From Azolla caroliniana (taxonomy: Eukaryota > Plantae > Polypodiophyta): DNA of 64,000 nucleotides. The notes beneath the pieces are model-generated. The model was not told the DNA's origin and searched no databases. It saw only the letters and a list, made by a program, of their open reading frames with translations. Below are positions 14,401 through 26,100 of the stretch, piece by piece (the stretch's first letter is position 1; the number at the start of each line of letters is the position of its first letter). Both the position numbers and the translations under genes were made by a program. The stretch is from contig JBHGNT010000125.1 of assembly GCA_043228905.1 (NCBI GenBank), positions 1 to 64,000 of the forward strand, read 5' to 3'.

Positions 14401-16442
14401 TTGACAATAGCGCGTGAGTATGTTAAAATGTTCATACCTGGCCCTTGTGATATCGGATTTTTGTGTTCAAACATTCGAATCGAAGCTAACAACGTTACCT
14501 ATGATATGGAATTTAAAAATCAAGATTTTAAAACTCAGGTCGACAGACATGAAGAAATTAGTAAATTCGATGAGGGAGTTGAGAAGAAGGCGTGAGTAAA
14601 TTAAAATGTTCATACCTGGCCCATTCGATATCGGATTTTGGTGTTCAAACATGCGAATCGAAGCTAACAACGCTAGCTATGATATGGAATTACAAAATCC
14701 AGATTTTGACACTCAGGTCAAGAGACATGACGAAATTACCAAATTTAAGGAGGGAGTTGAGAATAGCGCGTGAGTAAATTTAAATGGTCATACCTGGCTC
14801 GTGTGATATCGGATTTTTGTATTCAAACATGCGAATCGAAGCTAACAACGTTACCTATTATATGGAATTAGAAAATCAAGATTTTGAAACTCAGTTCGGG
14901 AGACATGACGAAATTATCAAATTTGAGGAGGGAGTTGAGATGAGCGCGTGAGTAAGTTAAAATGTTCATACCTGGACCGTGTGATATCCGATTTTTGTGT
15001 TCAAACATTCGAATCGAATCTAACGACGTTACCGATGATATGGAATTAAAAAATTAAGATTTTGGAACTCAGGTCGAGAGACATGAAGTAATTAGTAAAT
15101 TCGAGGAGGGAGTTGAGACGAAGGCGTGAGTAAATTAAAATGTTCATACCTGGCCCATTCGATATCGGATTTTGGTGTTCAAACATGCGAATCGAAGCTA
15201 ACAACGCTAGCTATGATATGGAATTAAAAAATCCAGATTTTGACACTCAGGTCGAGAGACATGACGAAATTACCAAATTTGTGGAGGGAGTTGAGAAGAG
15301 CGCGTGCGTAAATTTAAATGTTCATACCTGGCTCGTGTGATATCGGATTTTTGTGTTCAAATATTCGAATCGAAGCTAACAACATTACCTATGATATGGA
15401 ATTAAAAAATCCAGATCGAGAGACATCACGAAATTACCAAATTTGAGGAGAGAGTTGAGAAGAAGGCGTGAGTAAATTAAAATGTTCATACCTGGCCCAT
15501 TCGATATCTATGATATGGGATTAGAAAATCAAGATTTTGAAACTCAGTTCGCGAGACATGACGAAATTACCAAATTTGAGGAGGGAGTTGAAAACAGCGC
15601 GTGAGTAAGTTAAAATGTTGATACCTGGACCGTGTTATCTCGGATTTTTGTGGTCAAACATTCGAATCGAAGCTAACAACGTTGCCTATGATATGGAATT
15701 GCAAAATCAAGATTTTGAAACCCAGGTCGAGAGACATGACGAAATTACCAAATTTGAGGAGGGAGTTGAGAAGAGCGCGTGCGTATGTTAAAATGCTCAT
15801 ACCTGGACCGTGTGATATCCGATTTTTGTGTTCAAACATTCGAATCGAATCTAACGACGTTACCGATGATATGGAATTAAAAAATTAAGATTTTGGAACT
15901 CAGGTCGAGAGACATGAAGTAATTAGTAAATTCGAGGAGGGAGTTGAGAAGAAGGCGTGAGTAAATTAAAATGTTCATACCTGGCCCATTCGATATCGGA
16001 TTTTGGTGTTCAAACATGCGAATCGAAGTTAACAACGCTAGCTATCATATGGAATTACAAAATACAAATTTTGAAATTCAGGTCGAGAGACATGTCGAAA
16101 TTACCAAATTTGAGCAGGGAGTTGAGAATAGCGCGTGAGTAAGTGAAAATGTTCATACCTGGGCCGTGTGATATCGGATTTTTGTGTTCAAACATTCGAA
16201 TCGAAGCTAACAACGCTAGCTATGATATGGAATTAAGAAATCCAGATTTTGACACTCAGGTCGAGAGACATGACGAAATTACCAAATTTGAGGAGGGAGT
16301 TGAGAAGAGCGCGTGCGTAAATTTAAATGTTCATACCTGGCTCGTGTGATATCGGATTTTTGTGTTCAAATATGCGAATCGAAGCTAACAACGTTACCTA
16401 TTATATGGAATTAGAAAATCAAGATTTTGAAACTCAGTTCGG

Positions 16443-16864
16443 GAGACATGACAAAATTACCAAATTTGAGGAGGGAGTTGAGAAGCGCACGTCAGTATGT
16501 TAAAATGTTCATTCCTGGCTCGTGTGATATCGGATTTTTGTGTTCAAACCCTCCCTCATCGAATTTACTAATTTCTTCATGTCTGTCGACCTGAGTTTTA
16601 AAATCTTGATTTTTAAATTCCATATCATAGGTAACGTTGTTAGCTTCGATTCGAATGTTTGAACACAAAAATCCGATATCACAAGGGCCAGGTATGAACA
16701 TTTTAACATACTCACGCGCTCTATATCATAGGTAGCGTTGTTAGCTTCGATTCGAATGTTTGAACACAAAAATCCGATATCACACGAGCCAGGAATGAAC
16801 ATTTTAACATACTGACGTGCGCTTCTCAACTCCCTCCTCAAATTTGGTAATTTTGTCATGTCTC
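16443..16864. repeat. Perfect 107-bp inverted repeat (16443-16549 / 16758-16864) with a 208-bp spacer
   Basis: Both arms carry the rare variant GACAAAATTACC...GAGAAGCGCACGTCAGTATGTTAAAATGTTCATTCCTGGCTCGTG...TGTTCAAAC in opposite orientations. Confidence 0.9.
16541..16560. other. Strand-inversion junction of the array (convergent, tail-to-tail)
   Basis: TGTTCAAAC|C|CTCCCTCATC: the forward monomer ends at 16549 and the reverse monomer begins at 16551. C16550 matches neither consensus. Confidence 0.95.
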
Positions 16865-19800
16865 TCGACCTGAGTTCCAAAATCTTAATTTTTTAATTCC
16901 ATATCATCGGTAACGTCGTTAGATTCGATTCAAATGTTTGAACACAAAAATCGGATATCACACGGGCCAGGTATGAACATTTTTACTTACTCACGCGCTC
17001 TTCTCAACTCCCTCCTCAAATTTGGTAATTTCGTCATGTCGCTTGACCTGGGTTTCAAAATCTGGATTTTGTAATTCCATATCATAGCTAGAGTTGTTAG
17101 CTTCGATTCGTATGTTTGAACACTAAAATCCGATATCGAATGGGCCAGGTATGAACATTTTAATTTACTCACGCCTTCTTCTCAACTCCCGGCTCGAATT
17201 TACTAATTTCTTCATGTCTCTCGACCTAAGTTTCAAAATCTTGATTTTTAAATTCCATATCATAGGTAACGTAGTTAGCTTCGATTCGTATGTTTGAACA
17301 CAAAAATCCGATATCACACGGGCCAGGTATGAACATTTTAAGTTACTCACGCGCTCTTCTAAACTCCCTCCTCCAATTTGGTAATTTCGTCATGTCTCTC
17401 GAACTGAGTTTCAAAATCTTGATTTTTTAATTCCATATCATAACTAGCGTTGTTAGCTTCGATTCGCAAGTTTGAACACCAAAATCCGATATCACACGGG
17501 CCAAGTATGAACATTTTAACTTACGCACGCGCTCTTCTCAACTCCCTCCTCAAAGTTGGTAATTTCGTCATGTTTCTTGAACTTAGTTTCAAAATCTTGA
17601 TTTTTTAATTCCATATCATACGTAACGTTGTTAGCTCCGATTCACATGTTTGAACACCAAAATCCGATATCACACGGGCTAGGTATGAACATTTTAACTT
17701 ACGCACGCGCTCTTCTCAACTCCCTCCTCAAATTTGGTAATTTCGTCATGTCTCTCGACCTGGGTTTCAAAATCTTGATTTTGTAATTCCATAGCATAGG
17801 TAACGTTGTTATCTTCGATTCGAATGTTTGTCCACAGAAATCCGAGATCACACGGTCCAGGTATCAACATTTTAACTTACTCACGCGCTGTTCTCAACTC
17901 CCTCCTCAAATTTGGTAATTTCGTCATGTCTCTCGACCTGAGTGTCAAAATCTGGATTTTTTAATTCCATATCATAGCTAGCGTTGTTAGCTTCGATTCG
18001 AATGTTTGAACACAAAAATCCGATATCACACGGCCCAGGTATGAACATTTTCACTTACTCACGCGCTATTCTCAACTCCCTCCTGAAATTTGGTAATTTC
18101 GTTATGTCGCTTGACCTGGGTTTCAAAATCTGGATTTTGTAATTCCATATCATAGCTAGCGTTGTTAGCTTCGATTCGTATGTTTGAACACTAAAATCCG
18201 ATTTCGAATGGGCCAGGTATGAACATTTTAATTTACTCACGCCTTCTTCTCAACTCCCGGCTCGAATTTACTAATTTCTTCATGTCTCTCGACCTAAGTT
18301 TCAAAATCTTGATTTTTAAATTCCATATCATAGGTAACGTTGTTAGCTTCGATTCGTATGTTTGAACACAAAAATCTGATATCACACTGGCTAGGTATGA
18401 ACATTTTAATTTACTCACGCGCTATTGTCAACTCCCTCCTCAAATTTCGTAATTTCGTCATGTTTCTCGACCTGAGTTTCAAAATCTGGATTTTGTAATT
18501 CCATATCATAACTAGCGTTGTTAGCTTCGATTCGCATGTTTGAACACCAAAATCGGATATCACACGGGCCAGGTAAGAACATTTTAATTTTATCACGCGC
18601 TGTTCTCAACTCCCTCCTCAAATTTGGTAATTTCGTCATGTCTCTCGAACTGAGTTTCAAAATTTTGATTTTTTAATTCCATATCATAGGTAGCGTTGTT
18701 AGCTTCGATTCGCATGTTTGAACACAAAAATCTGATATCACACTGGCTAGGTATGAACATTTTAATTTACTCACGCGCTATTGTCAACTCCCTCAAATTT
18801 CGTAATTTCGTCATGTTTCTCGACCTGAGTTTCAAAATCTGGATTTTGTAATTCCATATCATAACTAGCGTTGTTAGCTTCGATTCGCATGTTTGAACAC
18901 CAAAATCCGATATCACACGGGCCAGGTATGAACATTTTAACTTACTCACGCGCTATTCTCAACTCCCTCCTCAAATTTGGTAATTTTGTCATGTCTCCCG
19001 AACTGAGTTTCAAAATCTTGATTTTCTAATGCCATATAATAGGTAACGTTGTTAGCTTCGATTCGCATATTTGAACACAAAAATCCGATATCACACGAGC
19101 CAGGTATGAACATTTAAATTTACGCACGCGCTCTTCTCAACTCCCTCCTCAAATTTGGTAATTTCGTCATGTCTCTCGACCTGAGTATCAAAATCTGGAT
19201 TTTTTAATTCCATATCATAGCTAGCGTTGTTAGCTTCGATTCGAATGTTTGAACACAAAAATCCGATATCACACGGCCCAGGTATGAACATTTTCACTTA
19301 CTCACGCGCTATTCTCAACTCCCTGCTCAAATTTGGTAATTTCGTCATGTCTCTCGACCTGAATTTCAAAATTTGGATTTTGTAATTCCATATGATAGCT
19401 AGCGTTGTTAGCTTCGATTCGCATGTTTGAACACCAAAATCCGATATCGAATGGGCCAGGTATGAACATTTTAATTTACTCACGCCTTCTTCTCAACTCC
19501 CTCCTCGAATTTACTAATTACTTCATGTCTCTCGACCTGAGTTCCAAAATCTTAATTTTTTAATTCCATATCATCGGTAACGTCGTTAGATTCGATTCGA
19601 ATGTTTGAACACAAAAATCGGATATCACAAGGGCCAGGTATGAACATTTTAACATACTCACGCGCTCTTCTCAACTCCCTCCTCTAATTTGGTAATTTCG
19701 TCATGTCTCTCGAACTGAGTTTCAAAATCTTGATTTTCTAATTCCATATCATAAGTAACATTGTTAGCTTCGATTCGAATGTTTGAACACAGAAATCGGA

Positions 19801-20149
19801 TATCACACGGGCCAGGTATGAACATTTTAACTTACTTACGCGCTATTCTCAACTCCCTCCTCAAATTTGGTAATTTCGTCATGTCTCTCGACCTGGGTTT
19901 CGAAATCTGGATTTTTTAATTCCATATCATAGGTAGCGTTGTTAGCTTCGATTCGCATGTTTGAACACAAAAATCTGATATCACACTGGCTAGGTATGAA
20001 CATTTTAATTTACTCACGCGCTATTGTCAACTCCCTCCTCAAATTTCGTAATTTCGTCATGTTTCTCGACCTGAGTTTCAAAATCTGGATTTTGTAATTC
20101 CATATCATAACTAGCGTTGTTAGCTTCGATTCTCATGTTTGAACACCAA

Positions 20150-23100
20150 AATCCGATATCACACGGGCCAGGTATGAACATTTTAATTTTATCACGCGCT
20201 GTTCTCAACTCCCTCCTCAAATTTGGTAATTTCGTCATGTCTCCCGAACTGAGTTTCAAAATCTTGATTTTCTAATTCCATATAATAGGTAACGTTGTTA
20301 GCTTCGATTCGCATATTTGAACACAGAAATCCGATATCACACGAGCCAGGTATGAACATTTAAATTTACGCACACGCTCTTCTCAACTCCCTCCTCAAAT
20401 TTGGTAATTTCGTCATGTCTCTCGACCTGAGTGTCAAAATCTAGATTTTTTAATTCCATATCATAGCTAGCGTTGTTAGCTTCGATTCGAATGTTTGAAC
20501 ACAAAAATCCGATATCACACGGCCCAGGTATGAACATTTTCACTTACTCACGCGCTATTCTCAACTCCCTGCTCAAATTTGGTAATTTCGTCATGTCTCT
20601 CGACCTGAATTTCAAAATTTGGATTTTGTAATTCAATATGATAGCTAGCGTTGTTAACTTCGATTCGCATGTTTGAACACCAAAATCCGATATCGAATGG
20701 GCCAGGTATGAACATTTTAATTTACTCACGCCTTCTTCTCAACTCCCTCCTCGAATTTACTAATTACTTCATGTGTCTCGACCTGAGTTTCAAAATCTTG
20801 ATTTTTTAATTCCATATCATCGGTAACGTCGTTAGATTCGATTCGAATGTTTGAACACAAAAATCCGATATCACACAGGCCAGGTATGAACATTTTAATT
20901 TTATCACGCGCTGTTCTCAACTCCCTCCTCAAATTTGGTAATTTCGTCATGTCTCTCGAACTGAGTTTCAAAATCTTGATTTTTTTATTCCATATCATAC
21001 GTAACGTTGTTAGCTTCGATTCACATGTTTGAAAACCAAAATCCGATATCACACGGGCCAGGTATGAACATTTTAACTTACTCACGCGCTCTTCTCAACT
21101 CCCTCCTCTAATTTGGTAATTTCGTCATGTTTCTCGACCTGAGTTTCAAAATCTGGATTTTGTAATTCCATATCATAACTAGCGTTGTTAGCTTCGATTC
21201 GCATGTTTGAACACCAAAATCGGATATCACACGGGCCAGGTATGAACATTTTAATTTTATCACACGCTGTTCTCAACTCCCTCCTCAAATTTGGTAATTT
21301 CGTCATGTCTCCCGAACTGAGTTTCAAAATCTTGATTTTTAAATTCCATATCATAGGTAACGTTGTTAGCTTCGATTTGAATGTTTGAACACAAAAATCC
21401 GATATCACAAGGGCCAGGTATGAATATTTTAACATACTCACGCGCTCTTCTCAACTCCCTCCTCTAATTTGGTAATTTCGTCATGTCTCTCGAACTGAGT
21501 TTCAAAATCTTGATTTTTTAATTCCATATCATAGGTAGCGTTGTTAGCTTCGATTCGCAAGTTTGAACACAAAAATCCGATATCACACGGGCCAGGTATG
21601 AACATTTAAATTTACTCACGCGCTATTCTCAACTCCCTCCTCAAATTTGGTAATTTCGTCATGTTTCTCGACCTAAATTTCAAAATTTGGATTTTGTAAT
21701 TCCATATGATAGCTAGCGTTGTTAACTTCGATTCGCATGTTTGAACACCAAAATCCGATATCGAATGGGCCAGGTATGAACATTTTAATTTACTCACGCC
21801 TTCTTCTCAACTCCCTCATCGAATTTACTAATTTCTTCATGTCTCTCGACCTAAGTTTCAAAATCTTGATTTTTTAATTCCATATCATAGGTAACGTTGT
21901 TAGCTTCGATTCGTATGTTTCAACACAAAAATCTGATATCACACTGGCTAGGTATGAACATTTTAATTTACTCACGCGCTATTGTCAACTCCCTCCTCAA
22001 ATTTCGTAATTTCGTCATGTTTCTCGACCTGAGTTTCAAAATCTGGATTTTGTAATTCCATATCATAACTAGCGTTGTTAGCTTCGATTCGCATGTTTGA
22101 ACACCAAAATCGGATATCACACGGGCCAGGTATGAACATTTTAATTTTATCACGCGCTGTTCTCAACTCCCTCCTCAAATTTGGTAATTTCGTCATGTCT
22201 CTCGACCTGAGTTTCAAAATCTTGATTTTTAAATTCCATATGATAGGTAACGTTGTTAGCTTCGATTCGAATGTTTGAACACAAAAATCTAATATCACAC
22301 TGGCTAGGTATGAACATTGTAATTTACTCACGCGCTATTGTCAACTCCCTCCTCAAATTTCGTAATTTCGTCATGTTTCTCGACCTGAGTTTCAAAATCT
22401 GGATTTTATAATTCCATATCATAACTAACGTTGTTAGCTTCGATTCGCATGTTTGAACACCAAAATCGGATATCACACGGGCCAGGTATGAACATTTTAA
22501 TTTTATCACGCGCTGTTCTCAACTCCCTCCTCAAATTTGGTAATTTCGTCATGTCTCCCGAACTGAGTTTCAAAATCTTGATTTTCTAATTCCATATAAT
22601 AGGTAACGTTGTTAGCTTCGATTCGCATATTTGAACACAGAAATCGGATATCACACGAGCCAGGTATGAACATTTAAATTTACGCACGCGCTCTTCTCAA
22701 CTCCCTCCTCAAATTTGGTAATTTCCTCATGTCTCTTGACCTGAGTGTCAAAATTTGGATTTTTTAATTCCATATCATAGCTAGCGTTGTTAGCTTCGAT
22801 TCGAATGTTTGAACACAAAAATCCGATATCACACGGCCCAGGTATGAACATTTTCACTTACTCACGCGCTATTCTCAACTCCCTGCTCAAATTTGGTAAT
22901 TTCGTCATGTCTCTCGACCTGAATTTCAAAATTTGGATTTTGTAATTTCATATGATAGCTAGCGTTGTTAACTTCGATTCGCATGTTTGAACACCAAAAT
23001 CCGATATCGAATGGGCCAAGTATGAACATTTTAATTTACTCACGGCTTCTTCTCAACTCCCTCCTCGAATTTACTAATTTCTTCATGTCTCTCGACCTGA

Positions 23101-26100
23101 GTTTTAAAATCTTGATTTTTAAATTCCATATCATAGGTAACGTTGTTAGCTTCGATTCGAATGTTTGAACACAAAAATCCGATATCACAAGGGCCAGGTA
23201 TGAACATTTTAACATACTCACGCGCTCTTCTCAACTCCCTCCTCTAATTTGGTAATTTCGTCATGTCTCTCGAACTGAGTTTCAAAATCTTGATTTTTTA
23301 ATTCCATATCATAGGTAACGTTGTTAGCTTCGATTCGCATTTTTGAACACAAAAATCCGATATCACACGAGCCAGGTATGAACATTTAAATTTACGCACG
23401 CGCTCTTCTCAACTCCCTCCTCAAATTTGGTAATTTCGTCATGTCTTTCGACCTGAGTTTCAAAATCTGGATTTTGTAATTCCATATCATAACTAGCGTT
23501 GTTAGCTTCGATTCGCATGTTTGAACACCAAAATCGGATATCACACGGGCCAGGTATGAACATTTTAATTTTATCACACGCTGTTCTCAACTCCCTCCTC
23601 AAATTTGGTAATTTCGTCATGTCTCCCGAACTGAGTTTCAAAATCTTGATTTTTAAATTCCATATCATAGGTAACGTTGTTAGCTTCGATTTGAATGTTT
23701 GAACACAAAAATCCGATATCACAAGGGCCAGGTATGAATATTTTAACATACTCACGCGCTCTTCTCAACTCCCTCCTCTAATTTGGTAATTTCGTCATGT
23801 CTCTCGAACTGAGTTTCAAAATCTTGATTTTTTAATTCCATATCATAGGTAGCGTTGTTAGCTTCGATTCGCAAGTTTGAACACAAAAATCCGATATCAC
23901 ACGGGCCAGGTATGAACATTTAAATTTACTCACGCGCTATTCTCAACTCCCTCCTCAAATTTGGTAATTTCGTCATGTTTCTCGACCTAAATTTCAAAAT
24001 TTGGATTTTGTAATTCCATATGATAGCTAGCGTTGTTAACTTCGATTCGCATGTTTGAACACCAAAATCCGATATCGAATGGGCCAGGTATGAACATTTT
24101 AATTTACTCACGCCTTCTTCTCAACTCCCTCATCGAATTTACTAATTTACTTCATGTCTCTCGACCTGAGTTCCAAAATCTTAATTTTTTAATTCCATAT
24201 CATCGGTAACGTCGTTAGATTCGATTCGAATGTTTGAACACAAAAATCGGATATCACAAGGGCCAGGTATGAACATTTTAACATACTCACGCGCTCTTCT
24301 CAACTCCCTCCTCTAATTTGGTAATTTCGTCATGTCTCTCGAACTGAGTTTCAAAATCTTGATTTTCTAATTCCATATCATAAGTAACATTGTTAGCTTC
24401 GATTCGAATGTTTGAACACAGAAATCGGATATCACACGGGCCAGGTATGAACATTTTAACTTACTTACGCGCTATTCTCAACTCCCTCCTCAAATTTGGT
24501 AATTTCGTCATGTCTCTCGACCTGGGTTTCGAAATCTGGATTTTTTAATTCCATATCATAGGTAGCGTTGTTAGCTTCGATTCGCATGTTTGAACACCAA
24601 AATCGGATATCACACGGGCCAGGTATGAACATTTTAATTTTATCACGCGCTGTTCTCAACTCCCTCCTCAAATTTGGTAATTTCGTCATGTCTCCCGAAC
24701 TGAGTTTCAAAATCTTGATTTTCTAATTCCATATAATAGGTAACGTTGTTAGCTTCGATTCGCATATTTGAACACAGAAATCCGATATCACACGAGCCAG
24801 GTATGAACATTTAAATTTACGCACACGCTCTTCTCAACTCCCTCCTCAAATTTGGTAATTTCGTCATGTCTCTCGACCTGAGTGTCAAAATCTAGATTTT
24901 TTAATTCCATATCATAGCTAGCGTTGTTAGCTTCGATTCGAATGTTTGAACACAAAAATCCGATATCACACGGCCCAGGTATGAACATTTTCACTTACTC
25001 ACGCGCTATTCTCAACTCCCTGCTCAAATTTGGTAATTTCGTCATGTCTCTCGACCTGAATTTCAAAATTTGGATTTTGTAATTCAATATGATAGCTAGC
25101 GTTGTTAACTTCGATTCGCATGTTTGAACACCAAAATCCGATATCGAATGGGCCAGGTATGAACATTTTAATTTACTCACGCCTTCTTCTCAACTCCCTC
25201 CTCGAATTTACTAATTACTTCATGTGTCTCGACCTGAGTTTCAAAATCTTGATTTTTTAATTCCATATCATCGGTAACGTCGTTAGATTCGATTCGAATG
25301 TTTGAACACAAAAATCCGATATCACACAGGCCAGGTATGAACATTTTAATTTTATCACGCGCTGTTCTCAACTCCCTCCTCAAATTTGGTAATTTCGTCA
25401 TGTCTCTCGAACTGAGTTTCAAAATCTTGATTTTTTTATTCCATATCATACGTAACGTTGTTAGCTTCGATTCACATGTTTGAAAACCAAAATCCGATAT
25501 CACACGGGCCAGGTATGAACATTTTAACTTACTCACGCGCTCTTCTCAACTCCCTCCTCTAATTTGGTAATTTCGTCATGTTTCTCGACCTGAGTTTCAA
25601 AATCTGGATTTTGTAATTCCATATCATAACTAGCGTTGTTAGCTTCGATTCGCCTGTTTGAACACCAAAATCGGATATCACACGGGCCAGGTATGAACAT
25701 TTTAATTTTATCACACGCTGTTCTCAACTCCCTCCTCAAATTTGGTAATTTCGTCATGTCTCCCGAACTGAGTTTCAAAATCTTGATTTTTAAATTCCAT
25801 ATCATAGGTAACGTTGTTAGCTTCGATTTGAATGTTTGAACACAAAAATCCGATATCACAAGGGCCAGGTATGAATATTTTAACATACTCACGCGCTCTT
25901 CTCAACTCCCTCCTCTAATTTGGTAATTTCGTCATGTCTCTCGAACTGAGTTTCAAAATCTTGATTTTTTAATTCCATATCATAGGTAGCGTTGTTAGCT
26001 TCGATTCGCAAGTTTGAACACAAAAATCCGATATCACACGGGCCAGGTATGAACATTTAAATTTACTCACGCGCTATTCTCAACTCCCTCCTCAAATTTG

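Larger units (their letters stand above)
1..16549 (+). repeat. 178-bp tandem satellite array, forward block (~93 monomers)
   Basis: The motif GTGAGTAAATTAAAATGTTCATACCTGGCCCGTGTGATATCGGATTTTTGTGTTCAAACATGCGAATCGAAGCTAACAACG...GAAATTACCAAATTTGAGGAGGGAGTTGAGAAGAGCGC recurs every 178 bp (pseudo-ORF starts at 1600, 1778, 1956; 5516, 5694, 5872, 6050). There is no unique intervening sequence. Confidence 0.99.

Noticed and set aside
16443-16864. MITE or transposon with terminal inverted repeats at the junction
   Set aside because: The arms and spacer are entirely satellite sequence, there is no target-site duplication, and the flanks stay in opposite orientations.
16492-16880. Novel chimeric ORFs spanning the inversion and deletion junctions
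   Set aside because: These are by-products of frame fusion at the rearrangement, with no independent coding evidence.
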